Shown: piece after piece, positions 49,449 to 58,771 of the stretch
How positions within the stretch are numbered: the first letter of the stretch is position 1
How the letters are laid out: each line of letters starts with the position of its first letter
Assembly: GCA_037190965.1 (NCBI GenBank)
Contig: JBBCKI010000028.1
Coordinates: forward strand, 32,001 to 96,000
Direction of reading: 5' to 3'
Length of the DNA: 64,000 nucleotides
Source: Chthoniobacteraceae bacterium
Lineage (GTDB): Bacteria > Verrucomicrobiota > Verrucomicrobiia > Chthoniobacterales > Chthoniobacteraceae
Notes under the pieces: model-generated
What the model was told of the DNA's origin: nothing
The model's database searches: none
The model's input: the letters and a program-made list of their open reading frames with translations, nothing else
Made by a program: the position numbers and the translations under genes

Positions 49449-49662
49449 GGCGGGTGCATGGTGCTGTGGAAATTGAACAATTGCAAATCAAAAATAGAAA
49501 TCTTTGAACACTAAAGAACATTTTTTCGAATGGATCTGAGTATTCATTTCATGAGCTGAAATTTAACCAAGGATTCAAATTTACTCCATGATTGGCTATA
49601 TTTTCTCTGAAATTCATCTCTGAGTTCTCGATTATTGAATGATTTTATTGAAAATAAGTGTA

Positions 49663-49691
49663 TTGACAAAAGAACAGAAATGAAAATTAAT
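49663..49691 (+). promoter_or_regulatory. possible sigma70 promoter of the PEP-CTERM/ceramidase/ABC operon
   Basis: Perfect TTGACA, 17-nt spacer, ATTAAT, in a very AT-rich divergent intergenic region. Confidence 0.4.
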
Positions 49692-49735
49692 GCACCCGTC
49701 AAAGCACACATAGCAATGAAGCGATAGAAAAAGTT

Positions 49736-52024
49736 ATGCCACAACCGTTCCTCCCTCGTCTCGCTCTGCCCGCCTTTGTCGTGGCGCAGATTGTCTTCAC
49801 CGCGAATCCACTTTCGGCTCAGACCAATGGCAGTTGGAAGGATGACGTCAGCGGTAACTGGAGTTCCGCAACGGCTTGGGTTTCGGGGGCCATTCCCGGC
49901 GGTTCCGGCTCTATCGTGAATCTTACCAACGACATCACCGCTACCAGGGTCATCACGATTAACAGCACCTCTCGCACGGTGGGGATTCTTAACGTAGGAG
50001 ACCAGAATGGAAGCGATGCCTTCACGGTAGCGGCTTCCGGTGGCGCATCGCTGATCTTTGACAATGGCGGTTCGGCTTCCGAACTGAATTTGTCAGGAGG
50101 CTCCAATACGATCAGCGCGCCGATCTCTCTCCTCTCGTCCCTGACGATTGCAAACGCCGCCAGCGGGGCTCAGACGCTTTCGGGAAATGTTTCCGGAGGC
50201 TCTGCGGGCACAAAGACGATTGTCAATTCAGGCTCCGGCGACGGTGGAGTGACGGTTTCCGGAGTGATCTCCAACGGGACAGGCACTGTTGCGGTCACCC
50301 AAAACTCGGCCACGTCATCGCTGACATTGTTGGGAAACAACACATACACCGGCAATACGACGCTCAGTTCAGGCAGGTTGCAGGTCGGCAGTAACACGGC
50401 TCTCGGGTCCGGAACCCTTGTGATCAACGGAGGTTCTCTTTCTTCAAATAATATCAATACCCGTTCGGTTGCCAATGCCGTTGTATTGGGGGGAGACGTG
50501 ACCCTTGGCGATATCGTTAATACCGGCCAGCTCACCATGGGCGGTTCGACAACGCTGACCGGTAACCGTACATTGACCGTTGCCGCCGGGAGCCATGCAT
50601 TCTGGAGCGGTGCCATCGCCGAGCAGGGCGGTAGCTATGGCATCACCAAGAACGGGGAGGGCATTCTGACCTTGTCGGGGAGTAACGACTTGGGTGCGGG
50701 TATTACGTTAAATGCAGGTACTCTCCGAGTAGGAGGGAACAGAACCTTGGGATTGGGCACGTTGACCCTTAACGGTGGGACATTGTCGGCCTCCTCAGCC
50801 ACGGCTCGAGCCATTTCAAATGCAGTCACCATTGGAGGTGATGTCGCCCTGGGTGATGCCACCAACAACGGGGCGCTTACCTTTAGCGGGGTGACGACGC
50901 TCACTGGGAATCGCACTCTCACGGTGCGTAGCGCCGTAACCATCAGCGGCACCCTTCGAGACAATGGCAGCAACTATGGTTTGACCAAGAGCGGAAGCGC
51001 TACACTGACCATTTCAGGGACGAGCACCTATACCGGCGGAACCACCATTTCCAGCGGCACTCTGGCCCTCGGCAAAGCGGAAGTCCTCGCTAATTCCGGC
51101 GCGGTATCGGTGCAAGGGGGAACCTTTGACCTGGGTGGGTTTAGTGAAACCGTGGGAGCGGTCAACATTGCCGCGGGTTCCATCGATAATGGCATCCTGA
51201 CAGGCAGCAGCTATGCGGCGACCAGCGGCACGGTCGGCGCAACACTGGCGGGGAGCGGAGTCACCCTTACCAAAAGCGGCGCGGGGACTCTTATTCTCTC
51301 CGGCACCAACACTTACTCGGGAGCGACCACAGTCAACTCGGGGACTCTTCATATCGCATCAACAGGCAGGATCAACGCGACGAGCGGAATCACCGTCCAG
51401 GGCGGGGGGCGGTTCGTTTATGATAGTAATGCGGCATTGACCTCGACGCTTTCACTCAATGGCTCGGGAACCTCCAGCCGCGCCATCTTGAGTGGCACGG
51501 GCACGATTCATTCGGCGATTGTCCTTAACGATGTGGGTGACACACTCGCCCCGGGGAATAGCCCCGGGACATTGAACTTTGCGGTGAGCCAGTCTTGGGA
51601 TGCATTCAGCTACGACTGGGAGGTTAACAACTTCGTAGGAACCGGCGCAGGCACCGATTTCGACCAAATCTCGATAGCCGGGGGATTGGACCTGAATTCG
51701 TCCGGAAGTTATATCCTCAATATTACCTCACTTACCTCCGGCAATGAATCCGGAGTTGTGGGAGCATTCGAGGATCGCGATCAGTCATGGATAGTTCTGA
51801 CGACAACAACGGGCATTACCGACTTTGATGCCAGCAAATGGTTTCTCAATATTGGCAGCTTTAGTGCCGGTCCTGGTTATACGGGTTCGTTTTCGATCAA
51901 CAAAAGCTTGGATGGCAACAACCTCGTCTTGACTTACAACGTCGTTCCCGAGCCCTCGACTCTTGTTATCCTTGGAACTGCTCTTGGGTTTGCCGTGGCG
52001 TTTCGCCGGAGATTTCGCCGCTAG
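49736..52024 (+). CDS. PEP-CTERM surface protein with autotransporter-associated beta-strand repeats
   Basis: Signal peptide; repeated LTKSGAGTLILSGTNTYSGATTVNSGTL-type units; LAPGNSPGTL; C-terminus VVPEPSTLVILGTALGFAVAFRRRFRR. Confidence 0.92.
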   Translation: MPQPFLPRLALPAFVVAQIVFTANPLSAQTNGSWKDDVSGNWSSATAWVSGAIPGGSGSIVNLTNDITATRVITINSTSRTVGILNVGDQNGSDAFTVAASGGASLIFDNGGSASELNLSGGSNTISAPISLLSSLTIANAASGAQTLSGNVSGGSAGTKTIVNSGSGDGGVTVSGVISNGTGTVAVTQNSATSSLTLLGNNTYTGNTTLSSGRLQVGSNTALGSGTLVINGGSLSSNNINTRSVANAVVLGGDVTLGDIVNTGQLTMGGSTTLTGNRTLTVAAGSHAFWSGAIAEQGGSYGITKNGEGILTLSGSNDLGAGITLNAGTLRVGGNRTLGLGTLTLNGGTLSASSATARAISNAVTIGGDVALGDATNNGALTFSGVTTLTGNRTLTVRSAVTISGTLRDNGSNYGLTKSGSATLTISGTSTYTGGTTISSGTLALGKAEVLANSGAVSVQGGTFDLGGFSETVGAVNIAAGSIDNGILTGSSYAATSGTVGATLAGSGVTLTKSGAGTLILSGTNTYSGATTVNSGTLHIASTGRINATSGITVQGGGRFVYDSNAALTSTLSLNGSGTSSRAILSGTGTIHSAIVLNDVGDTLAPGNSPGTLNFAVSQSWDAFSYDWEVNNFVGTGAGTDFDQISIAGGLDLNSSGSYILNITSLTSGNESGVVGAFEDRDQSWIVLTTTTGITDFDASKWFLNIGSFSAGPGYTGSFSINKSLDGNNLVLTYNVVPEPSTLVILGTALGFAVAFRRRFRR

Positions 52025-52032
52025 ATCCAGCG

Positions 52033-53319
52033 ATGAAGATTGGCATTGGAGAAGCAGACATCACGCCTCCGTTTCCGTGTGCGATGGCAGGGTTTGGGTT
52101 GGCACGCACCGGGGTTCATGAGGGCGTTCATGACCCCATCGCGGCCCGATGCGTGATTTTCGAGGCTGGGATGGAGAAAGTCGCGCTGGTTAGCTGCGAG
52201 GTCATTGGACTGAAGGCTGAGGTGATTTCGAGAATCAGGAAGGCGTTGCCACCGGAGCTCGATCTTCCCCCTGAACGCCTCGTGATCACCTGCACCCATA
52301 CGCATGGCGCACCGGTGATTGAAGGGGATTACCTTGAGTTTCTCATTGGGCGGATTATTGAGGCGATTACTGCCGCTGGCCGGGATTTGAAGGCGAGGCA
52401 TCTTCGCGGAGGAAGTGTCGTTCACGAGGAATGGGTCGGGTTCAATCGCCGAAATCTTGAGACCGGCTTTCTTCCCGTGGACCGGGAGGTCCCATTTCTG
52501 ACAGTCTCAAAGCCTGATGGCAGGCTGCGTGCCATCCTGTTTCACTATGCTTGCCATCCTTCCGTTCTTGGCCCGCACAACCGGCTGATCACTGCCGACT
52601 GGCCAGGCTTCACCCGCAAGGGTTTGCAGGAAAGACTTGGTGACGATGTCGCCGTGCTCTATCTCAAGGGCACCGAGGGCAATATCAATACGGGCTATTC
52701 TGCGGGCGTTTCATCCCTGGGGATAAAAATTCCGACGCGCACTTATGAAACCGCGGAGCGCGTGGGCAGCGTCATCGCAACCGCTTTGTTCTCCGCGCTT
52801 AAAGAGGCCGAGTTGATCGAGTCGTCGGAGATCCGATTCGAATCACGGCGGATTGATATTCCTTACCGCTCAGTGGAAAAAATTGACGAAGCGCGCAGGC
52901 AGCTAGCGTGGTGGGGAGAAGAGGTCGAGCGAATTGACAAGGAGGGGGAGGACTCCGCGCGTCTTTTGAACGCCCGTGTCGAACGGGCTTATGCCGGTTT
53001 CAAGATTGCCGCGTTGGAGCATATTCAGGCGGAAGGGCGACCATCCCGCTCTTGCGAACAGATTGCCTTTCGCATCGGTGCCGCCGGGTTCCTGAGCTTT
53101 CCGGGGGAATTCTTTGTCGAAAGCGGATTGCAAACCAAGCGCGACGCGGTATCCCAGTTTACCTTCCCCCTTGGAATCACCAATGATTATATCGGGTACG
53201 TTCCCACCGAAGAAGCCTTCAGGGAAGGGGGGTATGAGGTGGCCTGCGCACGCTTCTCTCCCCGGGCTGCGGCTCAATGGACTTGTACCGGGGTGGATCT
53301 GCTCAATCACCTGTTCTGA
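52033..53319 (+). CDS. neutral/alkaline ceramidase N-terminal-domain family amidohydrolase
   Basis: GIGEADITP, GVHDPIAAR, CTHTHGAP, HYACHP, ADWPG, FPGEFF, GYVPTEEAFREGGYE. Confidence 0.82.
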   Translation: MKIGIGEADITPPFPCAMAGFGLARTGVHEGVHDPIAARCVIFEAGMEKVALVSCEVIGLKAEVISRIRKALPPELDLPPERLVITCTHTHGAPVIEGDYLEFLIGRIIEAITAAGRDLKARHLRGGSVVHEEWVGFNRRNLETGFLPVDREVPFLTVSKPDGRLRAILFHYACHPSVLGPHNRLITADWPGFTRKGLQERLGDDVAVLYLKGTEGNINTGYSAGVSSLGIKIPTRTYETAERVGSVIATALFSALKEAELIESSEIRFESRRIDIPYRSVEKIDEARRQLAWWGEEVERIDKEGEDSARLLNARVERAYAGFKIAALEHIQAEGRPSRSCEQIAFRIGAAGFLSFPGEFFVESGLQTKRDAVSQFTFPLGITNDYIGYVPTEEAFREGGYEVACARFSPRAAAQWTCTGVDLLNHLF

Positions 53320-53331
53320 ATCCGCTCTTTC

Positions 53332-55728
53332 ATGATCGAATGGTTTTCCCTTCCGAGCGCACGGCGCGTGGTGGTCCTTATCTTCGTTTTTCTTCTCTTT
53401 GGATTCGCCGGATCAGGCTACGCTAAGAAGCCGAAGCTGGTATTGAAAGTTCAAGGGCTTCCCAATGAGGCCTCCACCGATCCGGTTTCCATCGCGGAAC
53501 AGCGGGTTGTCGCCCGGTTTCAGCAGTTGCATCCTGAGATCGAAATCCAAGGGGCGGAAGGGTTGCGGGTGGAAAACATGAACTCGGAGGCGACGACGAT
53601 GATGATGATCGCCGGAGGCGTGGCGCCGGATCTCATCCGAATGAACTTCCGCAGCAGCGATACTTACATCCGGCAGGGTATTGCTGCTCCGCTCGATGAG
53701 CTTTTGCAGGAAGCGGCCACGAATGGCGACGATATCCTTGCTTCAGTACCGCCGCAGATCATGCCCGTTCTTCGCAAGCAGGGGCTGGACGGTAAAAAAC
53801 ATGTCTATGGCATTCCGACGCAACTGGTGGTCAGCGGCATCTTTTTCAACAAAGAGCTCTTTCGCGCCGCCCGTCTGCCCGCCCGCGCTCCGAAGGACTG
53901 GGCGGAACTTGCGGAGTTCGCACGACGGATCAAAGCACTCGGGCCGCAGGTTCATGGCTTGGTTCTGCCTGCGGGGGCATCCGCAAGCTTTCACCTGATG
54001 AATTTCGTTCGTGCCGCTGGAGGCGATGCGGTCGTGGAGATCGCTCCCGACGAATGGCGTGCCGCATTCAACTCCCCAGAAGCGCTGGAAGCCTACCTCT
54101 TTTATTACCGCTTGGTGGAAATCGAAAAGACCGCCTACCGCACCTCCCGACCACCCACTCCTGAGGAAATGCGCTCCGTCGGCATGATGTTTCGTTATGT
54201 TGGGGACACCGTGCAACTCGACCCCGAGCTCTGGGGATTTGGTCCTATTCCCAAAGGGCCTCAGGGCGATGGAGGCTCCGAAATCAACGCGGGGATTCTC
54301 GCCATCTTTTCGGGAATTGCAGACCCGCAACGCCGCCGGGCCGCGTGGGATTACATGCGCTTTGTATCGAGCGAGGAGGCGAACCGCCTTCGCACTGAAG
54401 CGCTGGTGGAGCTCGGCCAGGCTAGCCAGATTAATCCGGTGATGCTCCGGAAATTCGGCTTCCATGAATCCTTGATGATGGTGCAACCGGGGCTGGAGAA
54501 GGAGTTCGCCAGCGCGCTTGCGGAGGGCAAGCCGGAGCCCTATGGGAAGAACTGCAATCTGATCTATCTTGAGATGACCTACCCTCTGGATCAGATCCTG
54601 TTGAGCACGAGCATCCGGCGGGCTTGGGATGCAGGCGACATGCTTTCGGTGCGGCGGCAATTCCAAACCATTCTGGACCGAGCGGTGGCAAAGACCAACG
54701 AGCGGATGATCGGCCATGTCGATCCTGACTCGATGAAGTTCCGCCGAAAGGTGACGGCATTCATCGTGGCGGGGATTGCCGCCTGTTTCGCAGCGGTCGG
54801 CATTTATATCATACGGGCCTTCTCGCATTCTGCTTCGATCGTTTCGCGGCCCGTAGCGACCCGCAGGTCGTTCGTTCCGTGGCTCTGCCTTCTTCCGGCT
54901 CTCGGATTGACGCTGGTTTGGGACTATCTTCCTCTGCTTCGGGGAACCGTTCTTGCGTTTCAGGACTACCAGGTCTTGCTCCCATCCACTTTTGTGGGGC
55001 TGGACAACTTCGCCAATGTCCTCTTCGACGCCGGTTTCTGGAACTCCATCCTGGTAACGGCGTATTTTGCAGGCTTGAAGCTGACCTTCGGATTCGCAGC
55101 TCCGATCCTGCTTGCCTACATGCTGCATCTGATCCCTCGGCACAAGGTGATCTACCGGACGCTCTATTATCTCCCGGCGGTGATCAGCGGCACAGCGGTC
55201 TATTTTCTATGGAAGGCGCTTTTTGATGGGGAAGGGATCCTGAACCAACTGCTACGCCTGGCGGGATTCGAGGCTACCCGCGCCTGGACGCAAGACCCTT
55301 ATCTCGCCATGTTGAGCTGTGTGATTCCGGGGATCTGGGCGGCTGCCGGGCCAGGCTGCCTGATTTATCTTGCGGCCCTTAAGACGATTCCGGAGGAGCA
55401 GTTTGAAGCCGCCGAGATCGATGGCGCGGGGTTCTGGCATAAAACGACAAAAATTGTCTTCCCCGGGCTGAAAGCGCTGATCGTCATCAACTTTGTGGGT
55501 GCGGTCGCCGCAGCGCTGCAAACTTCAGCCAATATTCTCATCATGACAGGCGGCGGACCCAATGGAGCCACGGGGGTAACCGCGCTCCTCATCTTCACGG
55601 AAGCCTTTACGCGCCTGCGCTTCGGCACCGCAACTGCAATGTCGTGGATCATCGGCAGCATGCTCCTCGGGTTCACCGCCATTCAGTTGCGCCGCTTGAG
55701 TGCCATGGAATTCAAGACCGCGAAGTAA
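53332..55728 (+). CDS. carbohydrate ABC transporter: solute-binding protein fused to permease
   Basis: N-terminal SBP (IAGGVAPD, YGIP, FFNKELF, PKDWAEL, AAWDYMRF); C-terminal MalF-like permease (FVGLDNF, YLPAV, YLAALKTIPEEQFEAAEIDGA). Confidence 0.88.
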   Translation: MIEWFSLPSARRVVVLIFVFLLFGFAGSGYAKKPKLVLKVQGLPNEASTDPVSIAEQRVVARFQQLHPEIEIQGAEGLRVENMNSEATTMMMIAGGVAPDLIRMNFRSSDTYIRQGIAAPLDELLQEAATNGDDILASVPPQIMPVLRKQGLDGKKHVYGIPTQLVVSGIFFNKELFRAARLPARAPKDWAELAEFARRIKALGPQVHGLVLPAGASASFHLMNFVRAAGGDAVVEIAPDEWRAAFNSPEALEAYLFYYRLVEIEKTAYRTSRPPTPEEMRSVGMMFRYVGDTVQLDPELWGFGPIPKGPQGDGGSEINAGILAIFSGIADPQRRRAAWDYMRFVSSEEANRLRTEALVELGQASQINPVMLRKFGFHESLMMVQPGLEKEFASALAEGKPEPYGKNCNLIYLEMTYPLDQILLSTSIRRAWDAGDMLSVRRQFQTILDRAVAKTNERMIGHVDPDSMKFRRKVTAFIVAGIAACFAAVGIYIIRAFSHSASIVSRPVATRRSFVPWLCLLPALGLTLVWDYLPLLRGTVLAFQDYQVLLPSTFVGLDNFANVLFDAGFWNSILVTAYFAGLKLTFGFAAPILLAYMLHLIPRHKVIYRTLYYLPAVISGTAVYFLWKALFDGEGILNQLLRLAGFEATRAWTQDPYLAMLSCVIPGIWAAAGPGCLIYLAALKTIPEEQFEAAEIDGAGFWHKTTKIVFPGLKALIVINFVGAVAAALQTSANILIMTGGGPNGATGVTALLIFTEAFTRLRFGTATAMSWIIGSMLLGFTAIQLRRLSAMEFKTAK

Positions 55729-55740
55729 GCTCCTTCACCC

Positions 55741-57435
55741 ATGTTTTTCTCTCCGATCACGGAACGCTCCTTTCATGTTCGCGCCTTCTACAAGGCCGTT
55801 TATGCGTTTCTCTTCCTTGGCGCGCTGACCATGGTGATTCCGTTTGTCATCATGCTAAGCGGCTCGGTGGAACCGGGTGTGCGCTTTAAGGATTCGACCT
55901 TCTTCCCTGCCTATTTGGTCAGCGATCAAGCGCTCTGGGGGCGCTATATCGAGGCCCGCTACAAAAATGAAAGCGAGACGCTCCGCATGGCGTGGGGCGA
56001 TGCGGGCGTGGAAATGCAGAAGCTTCCCGCGCCTATGCCGGATTTGGCGGCGAATGCGATGTGGCGGGAGTTCCTGGCTGAAACCACCCCCTCCGAGATC
56101 ATGTTCCGGGCAGGCTTTAGCGGGGCAGGGGCAACTATTCCCTATTACTACAACCGTGAGTTCCGACAGTGGCTGGCGCGTCGCTATGGAACGATCCAGG
56201 AAGTCAATCGGCAGCTCGGCACCACATTCAGAATCTTCCAGGCGATCCAGCCGCCGAATCTTTCGATTTCCGGAGCCGCCCTGAACCGGACGCCGCTTGT
56301 TGACCATTTCCTCGAGTTTTGCCGGACGGAGATTCCGCCCAGTCGCCAGTTTGCCTGGGACGCCGGTGAATATTACCGGAACGTCTTTTTGCCGCGTACT
56401 GAAGGCGAAGAGATCTCCGGTTACAATGCCAAGTATGGCACTCACTATGCCGGTTATTCGGAGGTTCCGTTTCCCGAAGCCGTACCCCGGGTGGCCGCAG
56501 AACCGTGGGTTGACTTTGTGACCAAGTTTCTTCGCCCTGACTTCGTGGACCTCACCCCTGAAGGAAGGGGGCGGCTGGAAACTTCGGGATTGGGCAAAGC
56601 GGAATTTATCCGCCTTTCGGCCAAACCGGAAGAGGTCCGCGTGGTGACTCTGGACCGGGAGTTTGCGGCATGGGCGAAGCAACGATATGGACTGGAGAAC
56701 GCCTCCATCCCGCAGTTCTCACTCGATTCGGAGGCGTTCCAAAAAGAGAAGGGCTTCTGGAAATGGGTCTTTCTTAAGCAAAATTATCAATACGTCGTGG
56801 ACGAGATCCTCCTTCACGGCCGGGCGATGTGGAACACGGCGGTGTTGGTCTGTCTGAAAGTAGGGGGTGCGCTTCTGGTCAACCCTTTGGCCGCTTATGC
56901 GCTTTCCCGCTTCAAACTTCGCAAAACGTATCATCTTCTCCTCATCTTTCTTTTGACGGTCGCCTTTCCCGCCGAGGTGACAATGATCCCTGCCTTTCTG
57001 CAACTGAAGGGTTTTAATCTCCTGAATACCTTCTGGGCTTTGGTATTACCTGGCTTGGCGAACGGCTTCTCGATTTTTCTGCTCAAAGGCTTCTTCGATA
57101 GCTTGCCGAAGGAGCTCTACGAGGCGGCGGAAATCGATGGGGCGAGTGAGTGGAGAATGTTCTGGATCATCACGATGAATCTCTCCCGGCCCATCCTGGC
57201 GGTGATTGCCCTCAACTCGTTTGTCGCGGCTTACGGCACGTTCTTCTACGCATTGATTGTCTGTCCCGATCCGAAAATGTGGACCATCATGGTCTATCTC
57301 TACCAGCTGCAGAGCACCGCCGGATCGCCGATTGTCTATGCCTCATTGATTCTCACTGCAATCCCGACGCTCGTGATCTTTATCCTCTGCCAGAACATCA
57401 TTCTGCGTGGGATTGTCGTACCTTCGGAGAAATAA
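55741..57435 (+). CDS. carbohydrate ABC transporter permease (MalG-like) with large extracytoplasmic insertion
   Basis: AAYALSRF, FSIFLLKGFFDSLPKELYEAAEIDGASE (EAA loop); ~300-aa soluble insert after the first TM. Confidence 0.88.
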   Translation: MFFSPITERSFHVRAFYKAVYAFLFLGALTMVIPFVIMLSGSVEPGVRFKDSTFFPAYLVSDQALWGRYIEARYKNESETLRMAWGDAGVEMQKLPAPMPDLAANAMWREFLAETTPSEIMFRAGFSGAGATIPYYYNREFRQWLARRYGTIQEVNRQLGTTFRIFQAIQPPNLSISGAALNRTPLVDHFLEFCRTEIPPSRQFAWDAGEYYRNVFLPRTEGEEISGYNAKYGTHYAGYSEVPFPEAVPRVAAEPWVDFVTKFLRPDFVDLTPEGRGRLETSGLGKAEFIRLSAKPEEVRVVTLDREFAAWAKQRYGLENASIPQFSLDSEAFQKEKGFWKWVFLKQNYQYVVDEILLHGRAMWNTAVLVCLKVGGALLVNPLAAYALSRFKLRKTYHLLLIFLLTVAFPAEVTMIPAFLQLKGFNLLNTFWALVLPGLANGFSIFLLKGFFDSLPKELYEAAEIDGASEWRMFWIITMNLSRPILAVIALNSFVAAYGTFFYALIVCPDPKMWTIMVYLYQLQSTAGSPIVYASLILTAIPTLVIFILCQNIILRGIVVPSEK

Positions 57436-57440
57436 ACTCT

Positions 57441-58307
57441 ATGCTTAAACTCGGTATCATTGGATCGGAAAACTCGCACAGTTTCAAAATCGCCACCCTC
57501 TGCAATGTAGAGAAACGCATTCCCATCGAGGTGACCCATCTCTGGGGAGAAACAGAGGAGTCCGCCAGGCAATCCGCAGAGAAGGGGAGTATCCCCCGGA
57601 TTGTGGTCGATTGGAGGGAAATGCTCGGTCAGGTGGACGGGATTATGATCGACCACCGTAATGGAGACCGCCATGAGGAGCCTGCGGAGTATTTCATCTC
57701 AAAGGGGGTGCCGACGTTCGTAGACAAGCCGATGACTTGCCGGCTTTCCAGTTCCCGCCGTCTGCTGGAACTTGGCTGCCGCCATTCTGTTCCGGTATTG
57801 ACCTTCAGCGCCAAGCCTATTCAAAAGGCATTCAAGGAGTTCGCCGCGAGAGTGGAAGCAGCGGGTTCCGCCCGGGCGGTCCACTCATGCGGCCCCGCAA
57901 ATATTCAGAGTCCGCACGGCGGCATCTTCTTTTACGGGATCCACCAGGTCGATGCGATTGTGGAGATGATGGGATGCAAGGCCACGGAGGTCGCGTGCCA
58001 TAGGTCGGGGCGAAATGCCGTGGGAGTCATTCTCTTTTCGGGAGGAAGGAGCGCGACGGTTCAGCTCATCGAAGAGGGAAGCCCGCGTTTCCATTGGACT
58101 GCTCATCTCACCGACGGAGAATCCCTCACCCACGCGGATCTGAGCGATGCCGATCCGTATCTGAGTAGTGGAGAATTGATCTACGGGTTGCTTTCAAAGG
58201 GCGAAGTTCCCTTCTCCGCAGAACGCATGCTGGCTCCCATTGCCATTTTGGAGGCTTTTTCCCGCGCCCTCGCTTCGGGTAAGCCGGAACGCGTGGAAGC
58301 GATATAG
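57441..58307 (+). CDS. Gfo/Idh/MocA-family oxidoreductase
   Basis: MLKLGIIGSENSH, VDGIMI, PTFVDKP, FFYGIHQV. Confidence 0.85.
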   Translation: MLKLGIIGSENSHSFKIATLCNVEKRIPIEVTHLWGETEESARQSAEKGSIPRIVVDWREMLGQVDGIMIDHRNGDRHEEPAEYFISKGVPTFVDKPMTCRLSSSRRLLELGCRHSVPVLTFSAKPIQKAFKEFAARVEAAGSARAVHSCGPANIQSPHGGIFFYGIHQVDAIVEMMGCKATEVACHRSGRNAVGVILFSGGRSATVQLIEEGSPRFHWTAHLTDGESLTHADLSDADPYLSSGELIYGLLSKGEVPFSAERMLAPIAILEAFSRALASGKPERVEAI

Positions 58308-58339
58308 CCCTGCCGGCGCTTGCGAATCATTGTAAATAC

Positions 58340-58735
58340 TTAACTCAAAAGCGCCCTATCCGCATTCCTGCTGTCCAGTACCAGTTTGATCCGTAAAATC
58401 AGTTCGCGGGGGCTGAATGGCTTGGTAATGTAATCATCCGCCCCCGATTCAAGACCGGCAAGACGATCGAGTTCATCACCATTTGCCGTGAGAATGATAA
58501 CCGGAATCCGGGCAGTCTGCGGATTTCCTTTCAAGGTCCTGCAAACCTCAAGGCCATTCATCTGCGGCATGTTTTGGTCAAGAATCAGAAGATCGGGCTG
58601 TTGCTGGCGACACGCTGCGAGGGTAGCGAGGCCATTCTCCGCCTGAGCGACCTTAAAGCCGCCGCTCCTCAAATGAAGGCTGAGCAGGTTTCGCAAATCA
58701 TCTTCGTCATCGGCGATGAGAATCGATGAAACCAT
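58340..58735 (-). CDS. stand-alone response regulator receiver (PhoB-like)
   Basis: ILIADDE, PDLLILDQNMP (phospho-Asp), IPVIILTA, GADDYITKPFSPREL; no output domain. Confidence 0.88.
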   Translation of the reverse strand: MVSSILIADDEDDLRNLLSLHLRSGGFKVAQAENGLATLAACRQQQPDLLILDQNMPQMNGLEVCRTLKGNPQTARIPVIILTANGDELDRLAGLESGADDYITKPFSPRELILRIKLVLDSRNADRALLS

Positions 58736-58771
58736 AGGATAAGGTTTGACTTTGCAGGGTGAAGACTTCTG

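Noticed and set aside
49544..49744. 66-aa hydrophobic minus-strand ORF
   Set aside because: Lies across an AT-rich promoter region and overlaps the start of the PEP-CTERM gene; hydrophobicity is explained by base composition.
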